Shown one piece after another: positions 41,152-50,829 of a stretch of DNA of 64,000 nt (positions are counted from its first letter, which is position 1; each line of letters begins with the position of its first letter). The notes below the pieces were generated by a model, which was not told where the DNA came from, searched no databases, and saw only the letters and a program-made list of their open reading frames with translations. The translations under genes and the position numbers were made by a program. Origin of the DNA: a virus. The stretch covers positions 16,133-80,132 of the IMG/VR virus record IMGVR_UViG_3300032116_000108; one strand, given 5' to 3'.

Positions 41152-41907
41152 TTATTCAAAGAAAGGCCGAAAAAACTCCACCCCAAACGTAACATTCACA
41201 GTAACGTTTTCTCCTGACGGGGCTTGAACTTCTCTTACAAGGTTTAATTTAGGTTGGCATTCTTCCATGAATCTTCTTAAACTTTTAGAATCAGATATTG
41301 GTAAATTTATAATAATTGATCCAATAAACCCCTTATCTTTATTTCCGTCAATATCTACTATTTGTGTTTCAAGTTTTTTTGTTACAACAGGTGCAATCAT
41401 TCCTTTAGGGTATTTAGCTGTAAGATTGTCGATTTCTGTTTCTTCTCTCATATTTAACACCTTAAATCTTACCTTTTTTTGTGTTTTCGGTAATGTGTAT
41501 ATAAAAAGTCCATCTTCATCTGGAATATGTTTTAATTCTTGCATATCAACACTATCTAATATAATAGTAGTTTCAAATTCTATTTTAGTTTTAGGGTCCA
41601 TTAGTTTAAACCTATAGTCGGGACCGAAAGCGGTATTTCTTAAAAATAATAGTATTGCTTGAACATCTCCAGGTAATAATAGTTCAACATCAAACCCATG
41701 TTCATAAATTTTATTTCTTAAAAGAGTTTTAATTAATTCAGCACCTGTCATGTTTTGAGACATAAGAAGGTTTTCATCTTGTGCGGTCAGATAACCAATT
41801 TTTAAAGATTCTTTTTTTGGTTTGTAAAAAATACCTCTTGATGGTAATTTAATTACGTCATGTGGTAAGTTAAAATTTTCTTGACCATATTTTAAAGCGT
41901 CGTCCAT
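41152..41907 (-). CDS. T4 gp26-like baseplate hub / tail assembly chaperone
   Basis: LPHDVIKLPSRG, LTAQDENLL, GDVQAILLFLRNTAFG, YTLPKTQKKVRFK; between tube and tape measure. Confidence 0.8.
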   Translation of the reverse strand: MDDALKYGQENFNLPHDVIKLPSRGIFYKPKKESLKIGYLTAQDENLLMSQNMTGAELIKTLLRNKIYEHGFDVELLLPGDVQAILLFLRNTAFGPDYRFKLMDPKTKIEFETTIILDSVDMQELKHIPDEDGLFIYTLPKTQKKVRFKVLNMREETEIDNLTAKYPKGMIAPVVTKKLETQIVDIDGNKDKGFIGSIIINLPISDSKSLRRFMEECQPKLNLVREVQAPSGENVTVNVTFGVEFFRPFFE

Positions 41908-41950
41908 AGTTTTTTATTAAAAAAATAAAACAATCAAACTGTTTGTAAAT

Positions 41951-41977
41951 AAAAAACCTCACTTTGTTAGTGAGGTT
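41951..41977 (-). terminator. Intrinsic terminator after tail tube gene
   Basis: AACCTCACT-AACAA-AGTGAGGTTTTTT. Confidence 0.85.
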
Positions 41978-42001
41978 CATTATAAAATATTTAAAAGTTA
42001 A

Positions 42002-42490
42002 TTAATATACTAAAATACATCTGTCAGGTTGTAATTTCATATCAACTCCCATGATATCATCTCCACCGTAGTTTAGTGAACCAAAGTTTACGCTTGTAAT
42101 TAAACAACCTTGTAGAATCCACTTTTCAACCGCCACACCTGTTGGGTCTAACAATTCTAAGTCAAGATCTTTTTTATAACCGGCAGCATATCCCATACGA
42201 CCCGTTACTGATTCTGCATGTAATCTAACCCATTCCATTGCCGCTTGTGCTGCCGAAGGTCCGATTGGGTCTCTTAATTTAACACCAATCTCACCCCATG
42301 AAAAGTTACTTGAAACGTAAGTTTGTGTGTTTAAGAATTTTATTTCTTTTTTTCCAATTGTTATTTGAGGTCTATTGGTAGTTTCAACATACCAAGAATT
42401 AATCCCCAAAGAAGATGGGAAAGTCAATATAAACCTATTTGCTCTTTTAGGTTCATACTGAAAAGGCATTCTCATTAATAAATCAGCCAT
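42002..42490 (-). CDS. Tail tube protein (T4 gp19-like)
   Basis: EPKRANRF, WGEIGVKLRDPI, YKKDLDLELLDPTG..VEKWILQG. Confidence 0.9.
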   Translation of the reverse strand: MADLLMRMPFQYEPKRANRFILTFPSSLGINSWYVETTNRPQITIGKKEIKFLNTQTYVSSNFSWGEIGVKLRDPIGPSAAQAAMEWVRLHAESVTGRMGYAAGYKKDLDLELLDPTGVAVEKWILQGCLITSVNFGSLNYGGDDIMGVDMKLQPDRCILVY

Positions 42491-42596
42491 AGTTATTAGT
42501 TTAAATTGTTTTTATTTTTTATTATAAATATTAGTTCGTTATTTTTTTTCTATTTACTTTAAATTATTTTTCAAATATTCTCTATATATAGAATTA

Positions 42597-43550
42597 CTAA
42601 TCATATTTAGTTTTAGTTCCTCCTTTAGTTAAATATAAATTAACTGGACTTTTTTCATATTCTTTTTTCAAAAATTCAGAAGATGCTTGAATATTTCTTG
42701 GATCATCATCTGAAAAACCAATTGAAACGTTTCTAGAAACAAACTCTTCTATGTCTTGTGTTGGTTCGTTCATATTAACATCATTTTTAAATTTTGGAGA
42801 AATGTCTTCTAATTTTTTATTTGGGTTTTTATTTAAAATGTCTTGTACCAAATCTCTTGCTTGTTGTTTACAATAAATTATAAATTTTTGAAGTGCTTTA
42901 TTTTTTTCTTCTTCAGGTGATGCTGCGCTGCCGGCACCAAAAGAAACTGGATGAAATTTACACATATCTAAGTAATCCATAATAAGTTCTTTATCATCAT
43001 ACTTTAAGTCTCTTACAGTTTCGAACATTCCTTGAGTTTGTAACCCCCTATATTTTTTTAGGTTCTCCACTAAAACTTTAGAATTTATACCCAAATGATT
43101 TGATATAATATAATTTAAAACCGCCTCTTTTAATGTTTCAGGATTATGTCCTCTTGCTGTTATAATTGCAAAAATTGACCCCCCATTAATACATTCCACA
43201 AAGTCATTCCATGATGGTCCTGGACTTGCAATCATCGAGTCGATTATAAATCTTTTATCCCCTTCTGTTCTAAAATTTCTAAAGGGATTATTTGCATAAC
43301 CAACAACAGTAGTTCCTTTATAATTAAAAGGTTCAACACCTATTTGGTGTCTGTGTTCAGCAAAATCTTCGGTTGACAGTCCAATCTCATCCTCATTTTC
43401 TGTTAAAACAATAATTTTAGTTGGCATAAATGCAATATTATCATCCCAATCAAACGCATAATAATTTAAATCTGGTCTCCCTTCTTCAGTAATACCTTCA
43501 TTTAATCTTCGTTTATTAATCTCTCTATATATGTGTTTTCTAATATTCAT
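42597..43550 (-). CDS. HAD-superfamily phosphatase-like protein
   Basis: Motif I YAFDWDDNI, motif II IITARG, Lys in EEEKNK, motif IV GFSDDD. Confidence 0.7.
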   Translation of the reverse strand: MNIRKHIYREINKRRLNEGITEEGRPDLNYYAFDWDDNIAFMPTKIIVLTENEDEIGLSTEDFAEHRHQIGVEPFNYKGTTVVGYANNPFRNFRTEGDKRFIIDSMIASPGPSWNDFVECINGGSIFAIITARGHNPETLKEAVLNYIISNHLGINSKVLVENLKKYRGLQTQGMFETVRDLKYDDKELIMDYLDMCKFHPVSFGAGSAASPEEEKNKALQKFIIYCKQQARDLVQDILNKNPNKKLEDISPKFKNDVNMNEPTQDIEEFVSRNVSIGFSDDDPRNIQASSEFLKKEYEKSPVNLYLTKGGTKTKYD

Positions 43551-43687
43551 TATTTTTTTACAATCAAAAGAAGTTTCTGAAGTTGTTCTTCAGTTATAAT
43601 AATATTTTGTTTTTTTGATGAAAAAGTTTTTTCAGATCTTGAAAAATCATTAACAGTTTCTTTGATAATTTTCTTTTCTATTTTCAT
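43550..43687 (-). CDS. 45-aa hypothetical protein
   Basis: MKIEKKIIKE...KQNIIITEEQLQKLL; start reassigned to the ATG downstream of the TATTTAT motif. Confidence 0.6.
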   Translation of the reverse strand: MKIEKKIIKETVNDFSRSEKTFSSKKQNIIITEEQLQKLLLIVKK

Positions 43688-43710
43688 ATACTTTTTTTTA
43701 TAAATATATA

Positions 43711-43736
43711 AATGGGGAATATTTCTATCCCCCATT
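43711..43736 (-). terminator. Hairpin after tail sheath gene (terminator or stabiliser)
   Basis: AATGGGG...CCCCATT inverted repeat; U-tract is weak. Confidence 0.5.
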
Positions 43737-43750
43737 AAATTTATTTTCTT

Positions 43751-46700
43751 TTATACGTCATCGAACGATGCTCCTGTTGGTGTGATAACAAACTCTATGT
43801 CTATGTATTCTAACGCTCTTGTTGGTTTCAAGAAGATTTTACCCGTTAAAGTATTTGAATCCAAATCTTCAGGAGTATTAGAAACAGTAACTCTAAAGTC
43901 AATTAAACCTCTATCTCTTCTGATTGAATCCAAGATTGGGTTAACCGCATCTAAGAAATCTTGTCTCACTTTGTCGTCATTTTGTTCAAATAACAATCTA
44001 ACCGCAACCGCTGAAATTAACTTTCTTGCTTGTAGTAACAATCTTCTAACGTTAATTCTATCTAAAGCGGATTCTCTAATTTGTAAAGTTTTATTACCCC
44101 AAATAACCGTACCAACATCAGAGAAAGTAGCTATTGGATTAATTCTTCCTTTATATAGTGTATCTCTATCTTCTTGAGTTAGTTTCTTTCTTGCTTTAAT
44201 AGAGTTAACCAAACCTCTTGTGTAACCAGCCGATGCGAACCAAGGGAATGCAATATTATCGGTTAATGCTAAGTTTTTAGTTACCTCACCTGTTGGTGGA
44301 AGATAAATTTGAGTATTATTTACAGAATCTCTTGTCAAAATCCACGGATAGTAAGTTGCTGTGTAATTTGAATCAATTCCTGTATTCTCTAAATTATCTA
44401 CCACTTCTTGTGGATAAATTAATCCTTCCGTTAAGTCACTGTATGAAGGTAAGAAAAGATTAAAGTCAGGTGTTGTACAAATGTAAATTGAGTCAGCCCT
44501 ATCAGTTTCAACAACATCTATAGCGTTTTCAACAAGATTTGAATTATTAACATAATCAATTCCTGGTGTAACAAAAACGTTAATGTTAGTTGCTTCAGGA
44601 TTTGCAAATGATGTTTGACCCCATAGATATGCATAATAGTCAGTATTTGCCCACACTTCTTGGTTAGGTCCTGTAATTTGTTTAAATGCCCCCCATCCTG
44701 TTGCTGTTGGGTATGTGGCAGACGCCGCAGCACCTTTTTTATAACCTGATTGACCTAATTGGAATCTATCGGTATTGGTTCTACTTTCTCTGTATATATC
44801 CCAACCATCAAAACCGCCAGCGGCTAATAATGTAAATTTACGAGTATTTAATCTAAAATATGCATTATCTGAATCCGTAGGTTCAGAGTTGAAAGAAGAA
44901 ACCCCAACCTCAAAAGCCGAAGTATTAGCAGACATAAGTACATCAAACATAGTAACTATAGTTGCTCCACTATCCATGTGGAAACCTTTTGTCTTGTAAC
45001 CCCATTCTGATCCTGTAGTATCTACCGCAATATTTGAAGGTAATTGTTTTCCTTTATAATTAAAGAAGTCATAATCTATTCCTGTAATATTAGATATACC
45101 TAAATAAGCCCTTCTTGGATTTTCTCCATTTGAGATTACTGGATTATCTCCGCCCGCTGATGAACCAAATGGTGGGTTATATATTACTTCACCAGGTGTT
45201 AAGTATTTAGTTTTATAAATAACAAAAGGAGGGGTTGCAGTTTGGTATTGTCTAGAAATATAACCCTCAAATCCACAAGGTAATGCATCGGTTGGGTACT
45301 CTTCACTTAACTCAACCATTATGTATTTAGAATTTAGTTGGTATTCTCCATTTGCGGTACCAACTTTGTTTGCCACAAAATTATTAAGATTAGGATCCAT
45401 TGAACAATTTGTGAAACTTTCAATTACTCTAACGTTTTGATCATTATCATAAAAGTCTCTTACAAAAATATCAAACGTTCCATTATTAAATGAAATATTC
45501 CCAATAGAAATCTTAACAAGTCTGTTAGAGGCATCTCCATCTGAAATAAGTTTGAATTTAAATAATTTATAAACTTTGTTACCTCTTAATTCAGAAACAA
45601 CAAATGGAGTTTCAGGTGTTTGGTATTGTTCTAAATAAAAACCTAAAGTGTCGTTATCTCCACTTCTTGCATCATCAATAGCGATAAAGTCACAATACAA
45701 ACCTCTAACTTTACCGGCCCTATAACCTGATGTTAATAGACTACTGTAAGATTCCTCAACAAATAAAGGAACCTCATTTCTATCTTTAGCAAAATTAGAC
45801 CTACCAAATATTTTAGAAATATATCTACTATCTGTTGAAAGGAGTGAAGTTTCAAAACTAAAAGTGTCACTATCTTTTGTAATACCTGAAATAACAAATG
45901 TACCGTATGGGTCTTTAGTAATTCCTGAATAATTTCCTGAACATACCATAATTGCGTCACTTGTACCACTAACTTCATAAACAGGACCATCATCTGTTGA
46001 ATATGTTGATATACCTCTTGATCTTAAAGTTGCAACTACTAAATCGTCATAATCAGAATATGGTGTACCTGAATAGAATGTTGCATATAATTTACAAGTA
46101 CCTGTAAATTGTGAGGTAGTTGCGCCTGTGCCAATAGCATCAAGAGCAGCACCAAAACCAAAACCATAATAACTTCCAACACTATTAGTTTTAGTATAAT
46201 CAAATAATGAGTAATACCAAGGGTCGTTAACGTCCGAACTTAAATCTGCATTTGCTAAAATTACATTATCAACACCAAAAGTTTCAGTTGTTGCAGAAAC
46301 AGGAACTCCAAATAATGTAGTACCGGTTACTTGGTTAAACGTTCCTCCACTTACTGTTCCCCAAAATACTGCGTTACCTACTGTTGCTCCACTACCACCA
46401 CTTGCAAAATTATTAATTTTATTTGATAAGAAATTTATAAAATCTTGATTTAATGATGAAGTACCTCCATTAAATGTTGTATAGTTGTTATAAAATATTG
46501 ATGATAACAATGATGACGGGTTAGTTACTGTAACATTTGCACTTGAACCTGTTGTACCTGTGAAAGTTAATGTGTATGATGTGCTAACACCTGTTGCCGC
46601 TATTGTTGATGTATCGGGGTTTCCTATCGTTGTAATAGACCAAGATGGTCCCGCATCATAACCCGATAAACCAAGAACTCTTGTTACAAAAAGTTGGTTA

Positions 46701-46963
46701 GATTGTTGCAAATAAGATTTTGCAATATAAGATGTTTCATATTTAGGAATTTGAGTATTAACAAATTTTTCAGGGCTTGTGCCACCGAAATAAACTTGAT
46801 ACTCGTCAAAACTTGTAATGAAGATTGGTTCAAATGCCGGACCTTGTAGTGTTTCACCTACAATACCTAATGTTGTTACACCGACACTTTGAGCCACAAA
46901 AGTTAAATCTCTTTCTGATGTATAAACACCTGGAGATACAAATACTTTGTTAGTTGAAGCCAT
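43751..46963 (-). CDS. Tail sheath protein (T4 gp18-like)
   Basis: SPGVYTSERD, PWFASAGYTRG, RINPIATF, IWGNKTLQ, RINVRRLL, LFEQND, PTRALEYI. Confidence 0.96.
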   Translation of the reverse strand: MASTNKVFVSPGVYTSERDLTFVAQSVGVTTLGIVGETLQGPAFEPIFITSFDEYQVYFGGTSPEKFVNTQIPKYETSYIAKSYLQQSNQLFVTRVLGLSGYDAGPSWSITTIGNPDTSTIAATGVSTSYTLTFTGTTGSSANVTVTNPSSLLSSIFYNNYTTFNGGTSSLNQDFINFLSNKINNFASGGSGATVGNAVFWGTVSGGTFNQVTGTTLFGVPVSATTETFGVDNVILANADLSSDVNDPWYYSLFDYTKTNSVGSYYGFGFGAALDAIGTGATTSQFTGTCKLYATFYSGTPYSDYDDLVVATLRSRGISTYSTDDGPVYEVSGTSDAIMVCSGNYSGITKDPYGTFVISGITKDSDTFSFETSLLSTDSRYISKIFGRSNFAKDRNEVPLFVEESYSSLLTSGYRAGKVRGLYCDFIAIDDARSGDNDTLGFYLEQYQTPETPFVVSELRGNKVYKLFKFKLISDGDASNRLVKISIGNISFNNGTFDIFVRDFYDNDQNVRVIESFTNCSMDPNLNNFVANKVGTANGEYQLNSKYIMVELSEEYPTDALPCGFEGYISRQYQTATPPFVIYKTKYLTPGEVIYNPPFGSSAGGDNPVISNGENPRRAYLGISNITGIDYDFFNYKGKQLPSNIAVDTTGSEWGYKTKGFHMDSGATIVTMFDVLMSANTSAFEVGVSSFNSEPTDSDNAYFRLNTRKFTLLAAGGFDGWDIYRESRTNTDRFQLGQSGYKKGAAASATYPTATGWGAFKQITGPNQEVWANTDYYAYLWGQTSFANPEATNINVFVTPGIDYVNNSNLVENAIDVVETDRADSIYICTTPDFNLFLPSYSDLTEGLIYPQEVVDNLENTGIDSNYTATYYPWILTRDSVNNTQIYLPPTGEVTKNLALTDNIAFPWFASAGYTRGLVNSIKARKKLTQEDRDTLYKGRINPIATFSDVGTVIWGNKTLQIRESALDRINVRRLLLQARKLISAVAVRLLFEQNDDKVRQDFLDAVNPILDSIRRDRGLIDFRVTVSNTPEDLDSNTLTGKIFLKPTRALEYIDIEFVITPTGASFDDV

Positions 46964-47052
46964 TATTTTACTGTATTTTTAAATTTATTTTTTTATATAA
47001 ATACAATCATTTAAAGCAAAAAACACTTATAAAATGTAATTATTTAAGATGT

Positions 47053-47081
47053 GGCAGAAATAATTCTACCTTTTTTCTGCC
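47053..47081. promoter_or_regulatory. Candidate operator: three GG[C/T]AGAA boxes
   Basis: GGCAGAAA-TAA-TTCTACC-TTT-TTTCTGCC between the divergent sheath and RHH genes. Confidence 0.55.
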
Positions 47082-47099
47082 CTAATTATTTACTTTATT

Positions 47100-47255
47100 A
47101 TGAAAAAAATTAAAAACATTAAAATTTCAGAAGAATCACATAAACTATTAAAAGAGTATTGTGAAAAAAAAGGATTTAAAGTATATAAGTTTTTAGAAAA
47201 CTTAATTATAAAAAATTGCCAAAAAGAAAAAGACATTTACGGTGAAGATTTATAA
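47100..47255 (+). CDS. Ribbon-helix-helix DNA-binding protein (51 aa)
   Basis: MKKIKNIKISEESHKLLKEYCEKKGFKVYKFLENLII: alternating beta strand, helix, G turn, helix. Not in ORF track. Confidence 0.7.
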   Translation: MKKIKNIKISEESHKLLKEYCEKKGFKVYKFLENLIIKNCQKEKDIYGEDL

Positions 47256-48479
47256 TAATTTTACAACTGTTTTAATAATAGATTCTTTTGTTATATCTTC
47301 TTTATAAACTACAATTTTTAAAACGTCTCCATTATTTACTTGTATTAGTGATAAGTTGTCCCCGTAAAAATTATTATTAATAAAAACAGAATAACCGTTA
47401 GCACAAGAATCAATAGCAGTAATTGTACCACCACTTGTGTTTGAAAAGTATGGTTGTGTTGATGATTTTACGCAAACAGTACCATAATTTCCAGATACTG
47501 TTGGTAGGGTAATGGTTGTACCTGAACAATTAGTATAGATTAAATTGTTATTTGTTATTGATGAGTATTCTGCAGAAAAACAGTTAATAATATTTGTGGC
47601 ACTATCAACTAAGATATCGGCATCGTACCTCATTACCTCAACCAATTCTGTATTTCCTGAAACAAATAAAAAATCTAAATCAAAATTATCGGGTCTTGGA
47701 GGTTCTATCTTTACTTTTCTACCTCTAGTTCTTGTATCTACTTCAAACATAGAAACTTGTCTAGATATTGCAGGGGCAATTGTAAATTCTTCTTCATCTA
47801 ATAAAAACCCCATAAGTGTTAGTTTATAGGTTTGAATATAATATTTTCTTTTTTCTATATCTTTTGCCGATTCATCGGAAGGATCTTCCATTTTTAATGG
47901 CATAAAATGACCTTTGATTTGTGTATACCCCTGTTTAGATGTGAAGGTCTGCATCATTATTTTATTAAATTCATTCACCTCCCTCATTCTAGAACAAAAA
48001 ATCTTTACCGAATATGTTATATCAACAGGAACCGGTTGTGGTATTTTATATACATCGGCACCTTTTCTATCCCCGTCCCAAGTTGGTACAGAATAATAAT
48101 AAAACTTTAATCTGTCAGGAATGTTTGCCTGACCCCCCCAAATTTTACCGTATTTTACAGTTGGTTCCCTTACTGTTATAATAAATGGTAATGATACGTT
48201 TTTATCTAAATCTTGAAACTCCCACGTTTCAGTAAATTGAGCCCAACTTTGATTTGTTATGATTTTATCTACTGTTGGTACTTCTTTGCCATCAATAACT
48301 AATTTAAGTTTTTCTTTTACAAAATCTAAAACTCCTCTGTCTAAATCGGCATGTAAAACCCCTTTAGGTAGAAATGTACCACCGTCAGTCACTTGGTCTA
48401 ACATTTCTTGTCTTCTTTCTTTACCTACTTTTTTAGGTACAAGTGGTAATGTCTTTTTTATTTTTTTTGGTAATGCCAT
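47250..48479 (-). CDS. Tail terminator / sheath stabiliser (T4 gp15-like) with C-terminal extension
   Basis: LPFIITVR, PVPVDITYSVKIF..RMREVN; next to sheath and neck genes. Confidence 0.65.
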   Translation of the reverse strand: MALPKKIKKTLPLVPKKVGKERRQEMLDQVTDGGTFLPKGVLHADLDRGVLDFVKEKLKLVIDGKEVPTVDKIITNQSWAQFTETWEFQDLDKNVSLPFIITVREPTVKYGKIWGGQANIPDRLKFYYYSVPTWDGDRKGADVYKIPQPVPVDITYSVKIFCSRMREVNEFNKIMMQTFTSKQGYTQIKGHFMPLKMEDPSDESAKDIEKRKYYIQTYKLTLMGFLLDEEEFTIAPAISRQVSMFEVDTRTRGRKVKIEPPRPDNFDLDFLFVSGNTELVEVMRYDADILVDSATNIINCFSAEYSSITNNNLIYTNCSGTTITLPTVSGNYGTVCVKSSTQPYFSNTSGGTITAIDSCANGYSVFINNNFYGDNLSLIQVNNGDVLKIVVYKEDITKESIIKTVVKLL

Positions 48480-48480
48480 T

Positions 48481-48996
48481 TTATACTCCGTTAAAGGTTT
48501 CTTGTGTTGTTGGTGCTGCGATTATTGTTCTATAATATTTTTTATATCCACCATAAGAGTGCTTCAAATCTGAATTAACTCTACCATCATTTACTACCGT
48601 ATAGTATCTTACTCTATCTTCTGTTTCATAATAGGCTAAATAATCACCTAAAGATATTTCTACAGCAAATTGATCTAAATGTGATTGATAAACACTAAAG
48701 GTCATATTTCCTGGTTCTACTTGTGATAATTTAGACGAACCATAGTCTGAATTTGATGGTGAATCTATTTTAACTAAACCTCTTAATTCGATAGGTGCTA
48801 AAAATTGTATTCCATTTGTTAACGCTTCTCCATAAACATCATCATTATTTGTTTTTTGTCTATCTACTCGATATAAAACAACTGTGAAATTCATATCCCC
48901 AATTTGCCATTCCATTCCCATATTAATATCTAAATTAAAATCTTCCTCTGAGAAAAACTTATTTAATCTTGTAATTGGAACTTTATTCTGTGACAT
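48481..48996 (-). CDS. Neck / head-closure protein (T4 gp14-like)
   Basis: VVLYRVD....DDVYGEA....F.APIEL, LGDYL pattern; position. Confidence 0.65.
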   Translation of the reverse strand: MSQNKVPITRLNKFFSEEDFNLDINMGMEWQIGDMNFTVVLYRVDRQKTNNDDVYGEALTNGIQFLAPIELRGLVKIDSPSNSDYGSSKLSQVEPGNMTFSVYQSHLDQFAVEISLGDYLAYYETEDRVRYYTVVNDGRVNSDLKHSYGGYKKYYRTIIAAPTTQETFNGV

Positions 48997-49054
48997 ATTA
49001 ATAAATACTTTGATTGATTTTTTTATATTATTTACTATTTTTATTTATAATATA

Positions 49055-50818
49055 ATGGAAGAATTAATTTCAAAAACACCTGAAACAAGGGCCCTTCAAA
49101 TGTTAGATGATTATGTTGGGTCAAATAACTATATCTTGTCATTAAAAAACAAAAAACAAAATAGTAAGTCTTTTACCCCCACAAGATCTCAAGCGGAATA
49201 CATAATTAACTTTCACGGACGAACACCAAAGGTGGCAAAAAAATGGGTCAAGTTAGATTCGTATTTTGGAAAAAAAATGATGGAAGATAAGATGTACACT
49301 AAAGAACCAACGGAAATATATGTTGAAAAACTTTTGGTGGAGAAGGATAAGTCATACCATATATGGGGTAAAATATTTAGTGGTGAGACCATACATGATT
49401 TTTGGATTCCAAAAACTGCACTTATTAAAGATAATGAGGTAAAGAATGTTGTTATTGAATATTCAAAATATGACCACAGGGCTCCGATGGATCACCAAAA
49501 AGAGGCGATTGAAAAACTTGTTAGAAACAAAAAGTTTATTTTGGCCGATGACATGGGTCTTGGTAAAACAACCTCAACAATTATTTCGGCACTTGAAACG
49601 GGTGCAAAAAAAATATTAATTGTGTGTCCCGCATCTTTAAAAATTAATTGGCAACGCGAAATTGAAAATTATTCAGATAGAACTGTTTATATTGCGGAAG
49701 GCAAAAAGTTTTCAACTGAATCTGATTTTGTTATAATTAACTACGACATATTAAAAAACTTTCACGACCCAAAAAAGAAAGACGACTCCATAATTTTAAA
49801 TTCTAATTTTGATTTAGTTATCATGGATGAGGCACATATGATTTCAAATCCACAAGCACAAAGAACAAAAATAGTTAACGATTTATGTGATAAAGTTGAA
49901 AGGGTTTGGTTATTAACAGGAACCCCAATGACCTCAAGACCAATGAACTACTACAATCTTTTAAGTTTAGTTGAAAGTCCTGTTGCCGCAAATTGGATGG
50001 CTTACGCAAAAAGATACTGTAATGGATTTCAATTTAGTGTTGGTAAAAGAAAGGTATGGAACGTTACGGGAGCATCAAACTTAGATGAGTTAAGAGAAAG
50101 GACACAAAGCCATATTTTAAGAAGATTAAAAGAAGATGTTTTAGATTTACCAGATAAAATTATTACTCCTGTTTATTTAAGGTTAAAATCAAAAGACTAT
50201 GAAGAATTAATGGGTGAATACTTTAATTGGTATGACAACAACTCAGAAGAGTCTTCATCTTTAACCATTCAGTTTGGTAAATTAATGAAAGTTAGAAAAG
50301 TGATTGCTGAAGAAAAAATTAAAAATACAATTGAATTGGCTGAAAATATTATTGATCAAGGAAAAAAAGTAATCATATTTACAAACTTTACGGATACGTT
50401 ACGAACCATTTATGAACATTTTGGAAAACAGGCAGTTTATTTAGACGGGTCTTGTTCAAAACCACATCGTCAAAAAGCGGTGGATGATTTTCAAGAAAAC
50501 GACAAAATAAAAGTTTTTGTTGGTAATTTAAAGGCCGCTGGTGTTGGTATTACTTTAACATCTGCAGAAGCCGTAATCATGAATGATTTATCTTTTGTCC
50601 CCGCAGAACACGCACAAGCAGAAGATAGATCACACAGAATAGGTCAAAAAAACTCAACATCGGTTTATTATCCATTATTTGAAAACACAATAGAAGGGGT
50701 GATTTATGATATTTTAAATAGAAAGAAAAAAATCATATCAACAGTCATGGGTGATGATATTATGGAAGATGCATCGACAATTGAAGAAATGTTAAATTTA
50801 ATTTCTCATAAGAGGTGA
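49055..50818 (+). CDS. SNF2-family (SMARCAL1/HARP-like) helicase
   Basis: LADDMGLGKT, VCPASL, MDEAH, LTGTP, GVGITL, QAEDRSHRIGQ. Start reassigned to MEELISK (49055). Confidence 0.92.
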   Translation: MEELISKTPETRALQMLDDYVGSNNYILSLKNKKQNSKSFTPTRSQAEYIINFHGRTPKVAKKWVKLDSYFGKKMMEDKMYTKEPTEIYVEKLLVEKDKSYHIWGKIFSGETIHDFWIPKTALIKDNEVKNVVIEYSKYDHRAPMDHQKEAIEKLVRNKKFILADDMGLGKTTSTIISALETGAKKILIVCPASLKINWQREIENYSDRTVYIAEGKKFSTESDFVIINYDILKNFHDPKKKDDSIILNSNFDLVIMDEAHMISNPQAQRTKIVNDLCDKVERVWLLTGTPMTSRPMNYYNLLSLVESPVAANWMAYAKRYCNGFQFSVGKRKVWNVTGASNLDELRERTQSHILRRLKEDVLDLPDKIITPVYLRLKSKDYEELMGEYFNWYDNNSEESSSLTIQFGKLMKVRKVIAEEKIKNTIELAENIIDQGKKVIIFTNFTDTLRTIYEHFGKQAVYLDGSCSKPHRQKAVDDFQENDKIKVFVGNLKAAGVGITLTSAEAVIMNDLSFVPAEHAQAEDRSHRIGQKNSTSVYYPLFENTIEGVIYDILNRKKKIISTVMGDDIMEDASTIEEMLNLISHKR

Positions 50819-50829
50819 TATTTATTATT

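Noticed and set aside
41152-41180. Canonical -1 frameshift for the tail chaperone
   Set aside because: The downstream chaperone-like ORF is in the +1 frame, not the -1 frame.
14725-48996. Bacterial contractile injection system or tailocin
   Set aside because: Neck genes and a full phage replication set are interleaved with the tail genes, indicating a phage genome.
48884-49054. Track-predicted N-terminal extensions (SNF2 from 48884; also 17049, 18192, 33041, 43735, 50815)
   Set aside because: They overlap neighbouring genes, terminators or the promoter motif; downstream ATGs fit better.
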